Assembly: GCA_036172245.1 (NCBI GenBank)
Contig: JAYWIR010000018.1
Span: forward strand, 1,240,001 to 1,304,000
Source: Raillietiella orientalis
Taxonomy: Eukaryota
DNA length: 64,000 nt
Reading direction: 5' to 3'
Of this stretch, positions 39,696-54,506 are shown one piece after another. A program made the position numbers and the translations under genes. Every line of letters starts with the position of its first letter. Position 1 is the first letter of the stretch. The notes under the pieces were generated by a model, which was not told the DNA's origin, made no database searches, and worked only from the letters and a program-made list of their open reading frames with translations.

Positions 39696-42600
39696 CTCCA
39701 GCTACAGCTGTGTTGTACTTCATCATATTATGATGGATAAAAATATGGCAAAACTGCTGATTTGTCAACATATAAAATGAATTTCAGTAACAACACTCTT
39801 TGCAAGTATAAACAAGCATCAGATCCTCTCAACAGCTAGAATACACATTTCTTTAATTAGCATCACTAATTGCTTGTTTGAAGTTATCTTCAAGTCAGTG
39901 AAATCTGAAGCACAATTCACCATTCAATAGCACAATGCATGGGATATAGCACAATCTTTTAAATACTGAAGAGAAAAACAAAAAACATTGGGCTATCATT
40001 CACATATTTGGAAACATACTAATGAACATCAGAAAAAAAAAAAAAAAAAAAAAACAATACATTTGGCATACCCAAAAGTTTTTTTCACTGAAATATCAAA
40101 GTAACTTCTAGGCATTGGATTGATTAATTGAGGGTTAAACGGGGACGATCTTTTGTGAAAAGCAGCAGCTCACTGAATCTAAAGCTGAATTATTAGAAAA
40201 GAAAACTATATTCCAAAATTCAAGCATAAGGATTACATTGTACACTTCACACATTATGATACACCTAAAAAGTACCTTGGACCTAATGATTTCATCACTA
40301 TTTGATCCAAACAAAAATTTGGATTTACAGCGGCAAAAGCGATATTCACCAGATAGGTTCTTCATATTATTTAGGCAAAACAAAATTGGCTTTTGGGATG
40401 ACTAAAGGATAAAGATTCACACTTTCGATTAACGGATGGAAAAACACACGTTGGGGATTGGGATCGATATTCTACAAACAAATGAAAAATTAACAGCCTT
40501 CTACGATTTTTCGTGAACATTACACGGGCAAAAAGTCTTATGCATCTTGTTCCCTGATAATATGCAGGACAATCTCTGATATTGGATGAATGGTAGCACA
40601 AATTTTATAAGCACTCACGTCGAGAGTTATCTGCATATGAAAGGAATGAAAATAACATTGTGTATACCTCCTCCCAATATGTTACTTGAGTTTGCATGCT
40701 TCGAATTTTTAAATGCAGGAATTTCAAAACAATTTTTGATGTACCATAAGTGGTACAAAGAATGTTTTTCTGCATTTGTAATTCGTGTGCGCGATATTTC
40801 CCTCTTCGCGTTAGCCATTGGGGAGGGCTTTTTTGTAATATAAATGCATTCAAAGATGTGCTGGAAAAATTAAATGCATCTCCTCTATCCCAGCGTTCCT
40901 ATAAATCATCTGGCCCATCTATCCATCGGTCTGTCTACGTGTGTGTGTGTGTGTGTGTTAGATTGTTGGGGGGTGCTAATGCAAAATATGAAAATATACA
41001 AACAAACATTGATTGCTACCCCACTATGCCTATATAGCAATCAATAAAATATATATATATATACATATATGCGTCATGTATGATGTCATGTAAACTGACA
41101 AAATCTCAAAATACCTGCTTTGCATTCAAATGATCTAAATGCTCTGGAAACGTATCACATCTTTCATATCAAAGGGTTAACTATAACTCTTCATTAAACT
41201 CTCTCAATAGTACTCTCTTCTAGTTTTGCTTACATTACGGCAGGGATTTCAAAAACACTCAAGAATGGAAACGTTCTCCAAAATGATTGCCTCTTGGGAA
41301 ACTGGTGGCACCCCAGCAAAACGAGTGGCACCCCGGCGCCTTGAAATTCAAAATTTTGCCATTAACGGTTTGCTTTGCGGGATCCTTAGGAAGAGGTTTG
41401 AACAAACCATAACCGATGTAAATTGGACTCAAACAACCATACTGCATCCAACATCGATACGAAATCCCTTATTTGCCTTGTCGCTTTCTTAACAAAAAAT
41501 GCAATAGAAAAGATAACGATGAATCCAAACGGCCGCTTTGTGATCCAATGTGCCTGCTCGGAAATTCTAGGAAACTTTGTCTTGAGAAATGTGGCACATG
41601 TGCAAAACTTTTAGCAAGCTTCGGCAACGGTAGTGAGTCACAGAAAACCATGTAGTTCTCAAAGGACTAGATCAAAAATTACAATTCGTTTGGAAAGTTT
41701 CGGCATGCATGTAATAATAACGGTGAAATACGGAAACTTTCATGGTGCTTTCGCAACGCAGTATCTTCTGTTTTTGCCAGCTTTCTTGGCTTCTGGAGGA
41801 CTCGAAGGCATTTTTATTTATTTTTTTCTCGTGTAGATCAAAAATCAGCAAATACAAGGCGGCAGCAGCGGCACTGCTCGTCGTACAGCTGACACGGCTA
41901 AAGCACGACGGTCAAGCAGATGGCGCAGCCTTCCCGCACCATGGAGGAAAAGTTGAGCGTTTTGGTAGCACGTGTTTTCTACGAAACGCGTGGAATATTA
42001 AACTCTGCATCTGCACGAAAGCAACGAGAATTGGAATATTTCCCCCGAATGCACCGACTGATCACCTGAAGTGGTTGTTTTGAAAAATTAAAACATTCGT
42101 TTAGCACAATTGAAGTAAAACGCGGAAAATCATCCAAAAATTACCGAAAACGTCTACAAATTTATGCAAAATACAAATCCAATCCACGAGGTTTTCCCCC
42201 CGAGATGCAAGTACGCCGTTATAGTCTTCATGTGAACAATCTGGAAATAAAATAAAATGAAATGAAATCAAACGCATCATCCAATGGGAAGTTGGAAATC
42301 AGTGAAGAGAGCGTCTGTATCATCACTTGAGCAATCTTGGAAGTCACGCGAAAAAGGGACCGGGATCCGTGCATGTTGCTGCTGCAGAAGAGGGAACCTT
42401 CGGGGGAAAGCAAAAGCCTCAAACGAAGGCCCTGGAAGATTGCGCATCTCATGATCAGGACCAGTATGTGGTTGCAATGCCACCATCTCTGGGGGTTAGC
42501 GCGGTTGAGCTGCTGCCCCGTATCGATTAGCATTACCTTCCCAGTCGGATTTCATGATTTTACTGGAAGGGCTCCTACAGATCAGAGAAATGGAAGGGAA

Positions 42601-43639
42601 CAGCAAGAAACGCATGCGCCCACTTTCGCATGGAAACAACTGGACTCGTCAGGTTGCATAGCATCATACGAAGATAAGATATTGCATACGTATATATCTA
42701 TGTCATACGTATGGAGGTTAACAGCGATCCTGAAGATCACAAGTAAGAAGCAAAACGCGTGAAACTATGATGGTCTCGAAAATTTATATACATCTTCCTG
42801 AAGTGCGTTTCAACACCATGAACATTTTATTAATGGAGCACACATAATCCGTGGAAATCGAAGTGCTCGGAAGATTCTCGTTTTATAGAGAAAAAAAAAA
42901 AAAAAGCAAATAAAACCTCCAAGAGGTGAGGCAAGCTACACTATGACTTCAGCTCGAGTGCAAATGTTACTTTTCCTTTTGCTGACTCGTATGTGTCAGT
43001 ACCGATGCTGTCCTTTTGAAATTACTTCAAGACCTGCACGTAGTTTTCTGAGATATATGATGGACAGATCGGCATCCCTTTAGGGAAAAGAACAGCATGG
43101 TATAACTTCCTAAGTATTCAGAATTTGTGATTCTAGAGTTCCTTAGAACCTGGAAATCTCGCATTGCATTGGTAAGTGGATAACTTCGAAGTAAATGCCG
43201 AGTGTGTACCTACATCCATTGCAAATTTCATTTATCATTTTCAAAGTCTTGAACAGTTCTCTCTCTCTTTTCCCCTCCCTACATTTTTCCCCGCATTCTC
43301 TTATTGCGTATAATGCATCTCTCACTGAGCTTCTTTCTGAAAATGCAGGAAGAGCTGTAAGGGTGTCCCCTCCCACCCCCCATAAAAGCTCATTACTTAG
43401 GTGACTTTGAAACTATTGATAACTAGTGAAGGTGTCCTCATTAGAGATACCATAAATGTTTCGAGTCATCACTTCCCATTTAGCTATCATGACAATTTCC
43501 CATTCAACTATAGCAGCACTTGGAATGACGATGGCGTACTCATCATCTACAAGCTATTATTATCTTTATGGACTTTTTAAAAATGGAGATCCATTAAGAA
43601 TGAATAAACCCATCATTACGGTTAAGATGCAAACAATGA

Positions 43640-43645
43640 TTTATT
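43640..43645 (-). terminator. Putative poly(A) signal (AATAAA) of ethanolamine kinase
   Basis: First minus-strand AATAAA, about 100 nt after the stop at 43743. Confidence 0.55.
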
Positions 43646-43742
43646 TACCGAAGACCAATAATAAAAAATAGCCCAAATGAAATACACCGATCACTTCGAA
43701 TGATATGAGTTACCACTTGGTGAGCCAAGTTTCCCGTATAGA

Positions 43743-45002
43743 TTAAGGTTTCAGGAAAACTTTCCACTTTTCGTACTCGGCAAATCTGATGAGAGCATAA
43801 CTGTTTGGAAATAAAATTATGCGATCTGATGCGTGATACAAACTTTGTGAAGTCAAAAGTTATTTTGGATTCGATTGATTGGAATACTGCCCATAAAGCC
43901 CAAAGAAAATGTGCTGCAGCTGTGAACTTTCGCACCTCATGTAACAGAAGCTGAACGTCTTGTTCATGAAATATGTGATCACAGTACTCGAAAAGGTATT
44001 TCGTTATCCAATCTTTTTGAAAATCTAAGCTTGGATATAAGGAGTAATCCAGATAGTTATCACTAACACCTAAATAAGCAGGAAAAATAATCAAATCAAA
44101 TACACTATCATTGTGACAGTCACCTGGATATTCGCAAAAATGGTTCGCTATGTCGTATGCCTGATAGTTCCATCCCATATACTCAAGATCAATGAAAACT
44201 AATGATTGTTTTTCCTTATTGTAAATGATATTAGCGAGTAGCAAGTCATTATGGCACAATACTATTGGACTAGAACTGTTACGCAGGTGTTCAAACAGAA
44301 ATTGGTGCTCTCGTTGCAGCTTTTTTACCGTGAACACTTCAGGAGGAACACCACTTAAAGAGCAATTATCTTACAAGAATTCCATTTCATAAACACTTAC
44401 GCTATCTGATCTTCTGAATGTGCTGATATAAAATCCATTAGGATATTCAGCGTACGCCATATGCACGGAATTTTTTCATCTCTACTTTCTATGCGATGCA
44501 AACGAGCTAAACAAGCAGTAAGCAAATCGACAACTTCAGGATTACGACATGTGGAAGTTGTTAACGTAGCGCCATGAAAATACTTATAGATAAATCCATT
44601 TCGGAAGTGTGCATACAGCAGAGGTGCCAGCTTCTCTTTCTGCAACCTCTGCATCGGAGGTCTGAGAGTCAAAGATGATGTAACAATGTACCTGGATCCA
44701 ATATATCTCTTCATTGCGATTGATTAATATTTCCGTATTTGCGCCATATACTTTCACTAAAACTATATCCAGCGGATCGCTTGGCTGAAAAAATCCCACC
44801 AATCTATTTGTAATACCATCTGTGAACACCTGCATTGATTATGGTGAATAGTTTTTTTATTCATGCTAAGCTCTAAACCAACCTTATTATAAATAACATT
44901 CCCCCAATCCTTCCTCAGAATACGCACTAGGCTCTTGCCATCTTTAACTAGTTGGTCTCCCACTTCGATATCTAGATACACATAAGATCCATCTTGACTC
45001 AT
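43743..45002 (-). CDS. ETNK1: Ethanolamine kinase (easily shocked/ETNK-like, about 339 aa)
   Basis: Exons 44883-45002, 44692-44829, 44401-44648, 44124-44353, 43844-44069, 43743-43800 (introns 53, 43, 47, 54, 43 nt; 1020 nt). Motifs FTDGITNRL, VKVYGANTE, Brenner motif CHNDLLLANII, FIDLEYMGWNYQAYDIANHFCEY, HFLWALWA, FDFTNYALIRF. Confidence 0.95.
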
Positions 45003-45028
45003 GCCCTTATGATAACACTATTTTACAA

Positions 45029-45061
45029 CTGGAAACAAATATTTGTTATATACTTTTTATT
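45029..45061 (-). promoter_or_regulatory. POLR3C poly(A) signal (45056-45061) directly followed by a 3' splice acceptor (AG at 45029-45030) 26 nt upstream of the ETNK ATG
   Basis: Minus strand reads AATAAAaagtatataacaaatatttgtttccAG. Confidence 0.6.
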
Positions 45062-45143
45062 TCCCTGTTTTAGCTGAAGGGCCCCAACCCCGCCCCCCAG
45101 TGTGAGGCTCAGCCATGCAGCAGCCTCTCCAAACAAAGTATCA

Positions 45144-46881
45144 TCATAAGTGCTCATAGCTTAGGTACAGTTGCAACAAGAATAAGGTCTCATCAAGCTG
45201 CAGCTCAGCACTACCTAAGTGATCCACTGCATGCAGCACATGTGAAAGCAGTTGACACTCTGGAAGGGAGATCAATTCCTCTACCTGAAACGTGTAAACC
45301 AAACATCAGTTTCTCAAACAAAAGAAAACCCACTTCTTGAATCTGTTCCTGAGCAGCCCCTTGCTGCCGCAAACTTTGCACTATGGATTCAGTTCGTTGT
45401 TGCTTTTCAATCAGTCGGCGATTGTCGTTAATCTCTTGTTCTCGACGTTTAACGAGATTATACAATGCCTTGTAACACAGTTCTTGCATGGAACGCACCA
45501 ACTGGGTCAAATTGGCATGGAACAAATAGAAGGGCTTATGGACATTCTGTCCTGAACTTCCTCCTTTACGCAGCTCTTTCATTTCCAGAAAACCACTCTC
45601 AACTAAGATGTAAGTGAGCAATTTGGCTTCTTTATCGGGAATCATGGCCTTCTTCTGAATGACCTCCAATTCAACATATGTTTCTAAATGTACCAAACGG
45701 AAAATGCGGGCTGCCTTGGACCCAAAACGCTCCTGAACTATCCAATCCATTGCGCACCAACACAGCTGTTCTATTGCTTCTTTCATAGGAATGACATACT
45801 GACCACAACCTGCATCTCCGACTTGTCTCAGGAAGCTTGTTGAATCTTCTTCTGTAGAACGGATTAAATCTAAAAGTACCTTGCTGGTCACGCACCCAGC
45901 ACACGTAGGTACTCCTCCAGACTGAACGTGCTATTTCTATGGCCTTCTTTCTCCAACAATTTCCTCAACTCTATCAAAGAACAGGGTCCTATCTGGGCAG
46001 CACTAACATCCAGTTGCTTCTGTCTCATTACTCTCAACAGAGTCTTGATGATTCCGGCAGCAGTAGCATCAATTCTTCGGGATATAGCACCCAATATAAG
46101 TTCGTTACTACAGCAACTATGTAGACAGGTGGTGAAACACACCACCTACCGCATTTCCTCATGCAATCTGTCAACATTTATCTGCCAATGGGTGGAAGCA
46201 TCTTCAAATGACTGCGAGAAATCCACTTCAGAGCTTGCAATCAACTTCTGTATGTGGGCCAATGGCAACACAGGAATATTAGATGGTTCACTTGAGTTAG
46301 AAAGACATGTTTGGCCTTCCTCTGAAGAGGACACACACACCAGTTGCTGGGAAACCAACTGTTTAAAAGCTTTCATCAAACTTTGGAGCACAGCAACATT
46401 AACATTAACAGATGTATCTTTGAGATGCATACTGGCCCGTATTAACAAATGACTGAGGGGCAGACTGCCTTCTTGCAAAAGCACTTGTACCAGAACTTCA
46501 GCATCTTTCCCCAGAATAGCCTTAACCAAATGCACAAATCTACATCCTAGTAAGTTTTCATCAGTGCTCCTACTTTGGATAACGTAGCACCAAGAGCACA
46601 CGCTGGATGTTCAGCACATACAGTATGACTCCATTAGGATCAGATTCGTAAGTCACAAACTTATGCTGCAAAAGGATGAGCAAGGCAGCTCGCAACTAAA
46701 ATTTGGGGCAAATATGTAAATTTTGATATCTAGTTCTTACCTTTTTTACTGGTTGGTGAGAACAAACGGATGGGAGAGGCACTGGACCTTTCCCAAAAAG
46801 GCAATCGGCTACATCAGCAACTAATGGTCCAAACAAATCAGCCAGCAAAATCTTGCATAGCTTTTTGCATACTACTGACAT
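45144..46881 (-). CDS. POLR3C: DNA-directed RNA polymerase III subunit RPC3 (RPC62/Rpc82), about 507 aa
   Basis: Exons 46741-46881, 46574-46695, 46150-46539, 45896-46107, 45334-45851, 45144-45284 (introns 45, 34, 42, 44, 49 nt; 1524 nt). Motifs LLVLRYPK, WQINVDRLH, VQERFGSKAARIFRL, AMIPDKEAKLLTYIL, LIEKQQR, AELQLDETLFLL. Confidence 0.93.
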
Positions 46882-46889
46882 GACCAGTT

Positions 46890-46993
46890 CTGCAAAAATG
46901 AAGGCGGAATTGCATTTCAATTACAGTGGTTTGATTCGCCTCAGGGGCTCCCACTGAAGGTCCATAGCATTCTCGGTAAAGATAGGGTTTATT
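46890..46993 (-). promoter_or_regulatory. trc poly(A) signal (46988-46993) and a 3' splice acceptor (AG at 46890-46891) 8 nt upstream of the POLR3C ATG
   Basis: Minus strand reads gcagAATAAAccc ... ccttcatttttgcAG aactggtc ATG; about 97 nt from signal to acceptor. Confidence 0.6.
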
Positions 46994-47041
46994 CTGCATA
47001 AGCATGTATCTGCATACAATAGCTAGAGTCATATATTCTGA

Positions 47042-49616
<2,575 letters not shown>

Positions 49617-49649
49617 GCTTGATACTATTTCACATTTTTCCTCCTACAC

Positions 49650-49920
49650 TTCACCGTACCAGATCTGGTTTCTGGATCGTTTCCCTTACTTCCCTTCAAA
49701 AGTAAGTTCTTTCTTTCATCAAGCGTGTCTGCATGCTTCAAAAATGCAGGGAACCTGCTGGTGACCGAAACTTTTTGTTTCTGTTAACGCGAAAAAACTG
49801 CCATTAATTCGGGCTCCAGGACAAACTATGTACATCCCAACTCGACTGCAACGCTGCAACTTCGTTCCTCACGCGAACTCGTGTGGCCTGTGTACACGAA
49901 TCATTGCTGTGTACATCATC
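49650..49920 (-). promoter_or_regulatory. Candidate promoter/5' region of trc, and of the putative trc-POLR3C-ETNK unit
   Basis: A local CpG-containing patch immediately upstream of the trc ATG, in otherwise CpG-poor AT-rich DNA. Position-based inference only. Confidence 0.4.
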
Positions 49921-52900
49921 ATCATTGCTGCAATATCTTCTGATAACCAAAATGGTATTTAGTCTTTAAATGGCATGATCAAATGAAAAATTAAGTTCTG
50001 ATGTAGTGAATAAGTGGGGGAAACGAAAACCAACGAAATAGCCTAATGAACATACAAATAGCAAAAGAGGAAATAGGAAGTTACCAAAAAGCCACTTGCA
50101 TGAAGTTCTCAAAAAACACGTAAAAATTCATTTTTAGGTATTCATGAAACAAAAGTTACTACAGGGAGATGATTTCACTTCAAGTAACAATATCATCTCT
50201 TATTTATTTATTTTTAAAAAAAAAAGATTTTATGAAAACAGAAATTCAACATCGATTTTGGTGCCCACCTCCCAAATTTGTAGAATTTATTCTGGAATTT
50301 ATAGACTTTTAGAAATGAGAGCCAGATTTGCAGATGCTGAGCTTTTGCTAAAGAACCTACATTGCTCAGCCGTTTGAAATTTTCATTGCTACGCCAAAGC
50401 TAAATGTGGCATTCCAATTGCACGCTGTTATGAACTCATTCATACAGAAAACCTATTTTGACGCATGTATGCTTCCCAGCTGACATCAGTGATTGAAAAC
50501 ACTTGCAATAAATTTCCTATTTTCCTGGAGCTATCCTGCTGACACGAACGAATGATTATTTCCATAGAAAGAATCAGATCACGGATGTGATATCTGTGAA
50601 GAACTTAAATTCATTTCTGGAAAAAAAAAAAAGTAATGAATAAGAAACACTTTGACCTATGTGAATAAATAATTTCTCTGGTTCTTTTCATACCATTTCT
50701 TTAATGAACAATTAATGACTGACAAAATTCAGTGTTTTGGAGTGTTATGAGGTGTAAAGAATTCGTATTTCCCTTCTTACCTTCAGTGCTTCCATTTTTT
50801 TTTTTTACAAAAAAAAAAAACAAAAGAACAGAATAGTCACATAGCCTCCAGTGTGCCTCACTTTAATGACCCCAAAGAATATACGGAAAGTTTGCAGAAA
50901 AATCTAAAGGACTCGTTCGAGAATTGCTTTCTGATTATCAGTCGGAAAGAATGTAGTAGTAGAGAAATGTCTTTTAATTTTAACACATGATCAATAAATA
51001 TGTGTCCATTCGATTCCCTTACAAGATAGATAAGGTTTTACTTGATAGTTTCATACAGAAATGGATTTCTTATCCAGGCATCGGTTCCGACAATGTATGT
51101 GGCCTATTGATACCACAGTCAACACCAGTATGTCTAGTTTTTTATGCAAATATTGAACCATACTTCATTTTAATCTTTTCTAAGATTCGAGGACTGCATG
51201 TACCCCTTCATAGTCGTATATTAATCAAGAATTTTTTCTTTTAACCATACTAGAACTCATCTTGTCATATGTTCATATATGTCTTCAATTAAATTTGCTT
51301 ACTCCTCCATGGTTCTTGTCAGAACTGAAACTCATCCTCGTTTTTGGCAATTTTTTTTTGTTAATTTCTCAGACCATCTTTCAAGGTGCTACCTATACTT
51401 TGAGTGAAGCGGCTAGGAATCAAAGGAAAAGAATACAAATAAAAACTGAATCATGAATAATATGGACTCCATTGCTGCTTTAGAAGAATTAATACACTTT
51501 TAGATGTATAATGTTCCAAATTAGCTGACAGATTATTACAATTCAGTGCATTTATGATGTGGAATTTTTTTTTTCGTACGAAACTGATAGAAATAAAACA
51601 CTTCCTCTGAAAGTTATTCCATCTTTTGTCCAACAATTTTCAGATTTCTCAAGAACGCTTCTTCTGAATGAAACCATGAAATGAAAATTTTTGTATTATT
51701 TGTATATTTATTAGAATTACTATAGTGCTGTAATTTAAATTACAAGAATATACTATAAAGAGTGCATTGAGAGAAACTTGAGATTGTTCAATTTTAAAAG
51801 TAATTCAAAGTGCAAAGAAAAACATTGTTAGGAAATTCATTTACAACACCAGGTGCTACTCAAGATAACTAGGTTTCTACAGAATAGGTTTCATAGGTTT
51901 CCGTCTCCATGGAATAACGGAACTCTTGAAATCCTCTTTTGGTATAACAAAGTAAGAATGTAATACCGGTGTACGACGCAGAGTCTAGAACATCTGCAGT
52001 TAACAGGCTCCTGAGGGCTAAATATTTCTGCGTTCATCATTTTGAAAAGAGATTTACAACTGTGAGTAATGTGTGATATATTTGTCACATACCCTATGCA
52101 AAAGGAATACTGACTATTTAACATTGAATCTATTCAACTTCATCATATATTTAGTTTGTTATACGAAATTGGATTTGCTATTTGTCTTCTCATTTTCTTT
52201 ACAAATCAAAAATCTATGCACTATCCTGATGTTTCATTTAAGTGAATATACTAAAACACTTTTTCACTTTGAAGAATTTTTCCAGAAAGTTCGGAAGTAC
52301 CTTCACAGTATTTCCCTTTACAAGACTTGTGAAATCTAAGACCAGTTTCACTACAGGATTTGGAAAAAAGAACTTTAATTTTTTGATCTCATTCTTAAGC
52401 CATTTTTCCAGAACCCTATCTAAGTTATTATAGGTTCTCTCCAGAAAAAAGTTGTCTTCTTAAATCTTAGTCGTCTATGTATTCCTCTGTGACCACGTAA
52501 GTAGAGATTGCCTCATTATCAATTACATACATATATACCTTAATGACTACGCTTCGGAAACTGCAAGAGATTTTTTTTTTTCTAAAAATGATAATGTGAC
52601 GCAAAATACCTTCAATGAACAATTATCATGATCATCTTATTCTAATTATTATAGAGAGCAATGTTCAATATCAATGTGGTTTTAGGCATTTCAAGTATCA
52701 TTCATTGTACTATTTAAGCAAACTATCCATACAGGGGCATATTATTGCTAATATTTTTCAAGTTCTGGTAATGTGACCATTTTCTTTAGTTATTCACTGT
52801 ACCAATTGAGGGACAATTTTCAAAAATCCAGGAAATCCTCGAAAATAGTGACAGTGGTAATGTATCAAATGTCATACACGTGTACTTGTTTTTTATGGAA

Positions 52901-54506
52901 TAAATTATTGTATCTCTGTTCATATTTGGTAATTTCTATATCTTCTAAATATCTCTCCCTAAGAATAGAGTACATGAATCATGTGCACATATCACTGCAA
53001 TTGACCTAACAATGAATTGAAGGAATTGAACATTAATTATTAGGTAAGTCTGAACTTCAAATAAGTTTACTTCTATCAGAAGGAAATAGAATATCCTAAC
53101 ACTGTATGCCATTTCATAACACTGTATGTAAAGAATCTTAACTTTTAAAAGCCATAGAAAATCAATTTTAATGGAAATCAAATTCTTTCCACGAAGTTTC
53201 TATATACTTATCCTTCGTATTCTTCACATAGCAACTGAGATTATTGCTAGTTGAAAACTTTACGAAGTACGGATGAATGAATGAGTGGTATATATAAACT
53301 AAACGCTTCTTTTATTTAAGAAAGAAGTTTATAGCCCCAAAGGTATCTGCTCTGAGTTGGTTGGTTTGATACATAGGCAATAGAGACGACGTGATCATAA
53401 GTTGTTAAAAGTAATCTGACGAGAAAGATTCTGAAATTGAACGAATTTGCTCCCCTCCCCCCCCCCCCCCAAAAAACCTTAATACACATTGTACTATATG
53501 CAGAAGTGAAATTTTTCTAGAATAATTAGGCTATGAAATGTGCTGAAACTTTTGCTACAAGTCTGCAATCAAAATGAGCTTGAATCAAATCAAATCATAG
53601 CTTATCGATTAAAATTTTTGTTTTATTCATTAAAAGAAAATATTGCACTTGTAGCGTTCGATTTCTGAATGGTTAACATGAACTCCTACAAAAGTAAAAG
53701 ATGTATTCTCTTGATTATTTTTTCCTTTGTATGTTTGCTAATTTCTGCCACGTCTACGGTTTATTTACATTAGTAGGTAATAGTTACAACGCCTTTATAA
53801 AACATAAATAATGTTTCGATTATCTAAGGAGGAATCCGAGTGACATTTTAGAGATTTTAAACTATCAACTTCTATTATAGATTTGTTCAATAAATAGGCA
53901 CCATTGTTGAAGTACTTCTTATTTTCAAAGTGTTTCATTTTTTGAAAGAAACAAAAATAAACAAAAAAAGTGTGGAGTTGTAACTTATTTAATCTTTGCA
54001 TAGTTAAAATACTATCACAAAAAAGCTCCGTGCCATTAATTATTCGGTTTGATGGTCCGTTTGAGTTTTTCAAAAATGAGTTCAGTTAAATGTACAAGCA
54101 GAATTGTCGATGTGTACTATGTTTTGATAGGTATTAGACTTGCGTGGACTGCAGTGAAGAATAGTGGCAACTCATATGTCCGTGGACATTTGCTATAATT
54201 GTCCGGGGCTACCACACAAAACAGTGCAAAATGGTTCGTAAAATTGAATCAAAGGAAACATGAATTTTTCCGTCGATGTTATAAAATATGCGTTGTGGTG
54301 TTATTAGTCACGATATTCATTAATCGGGATACAAGTTGACCCAATGAATGCCATAGAAAATGGTACACACCCATGAATTTCGAAATTGAGTGTTGCTGGA
54401 GAGTACAATGTTTGGTCATTCGTCAATTCGTGTACCATAAGGACATTACCATTTCGACATTCTGATGAAATATGACTTTGAAACAGTTAAGAATTGAACT
54501 ACAGAA

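Noticed and set aside
41200..42800. ORFs between ING and ETNK, for example 42337-42762
   Set aside because: No recognisable protein family and no consistent splice model.
45928..46452. 174-aa plus-strand ORF
   Set aside because: It is an antisense shadow of POLR3C exons.
50100..54100. Short ORFs and exon-like stretches in the divergent trc-CCDC115 gap
   Set aside because: AT-rich, with no coherent reading frame or homology that I can support.
54503..54504. AG two bases before the CCDC115 ATG as further trans-splicing evidence
   Set aside because: It has no pyrimidine tract, and YAG near an ATG is common by chance.
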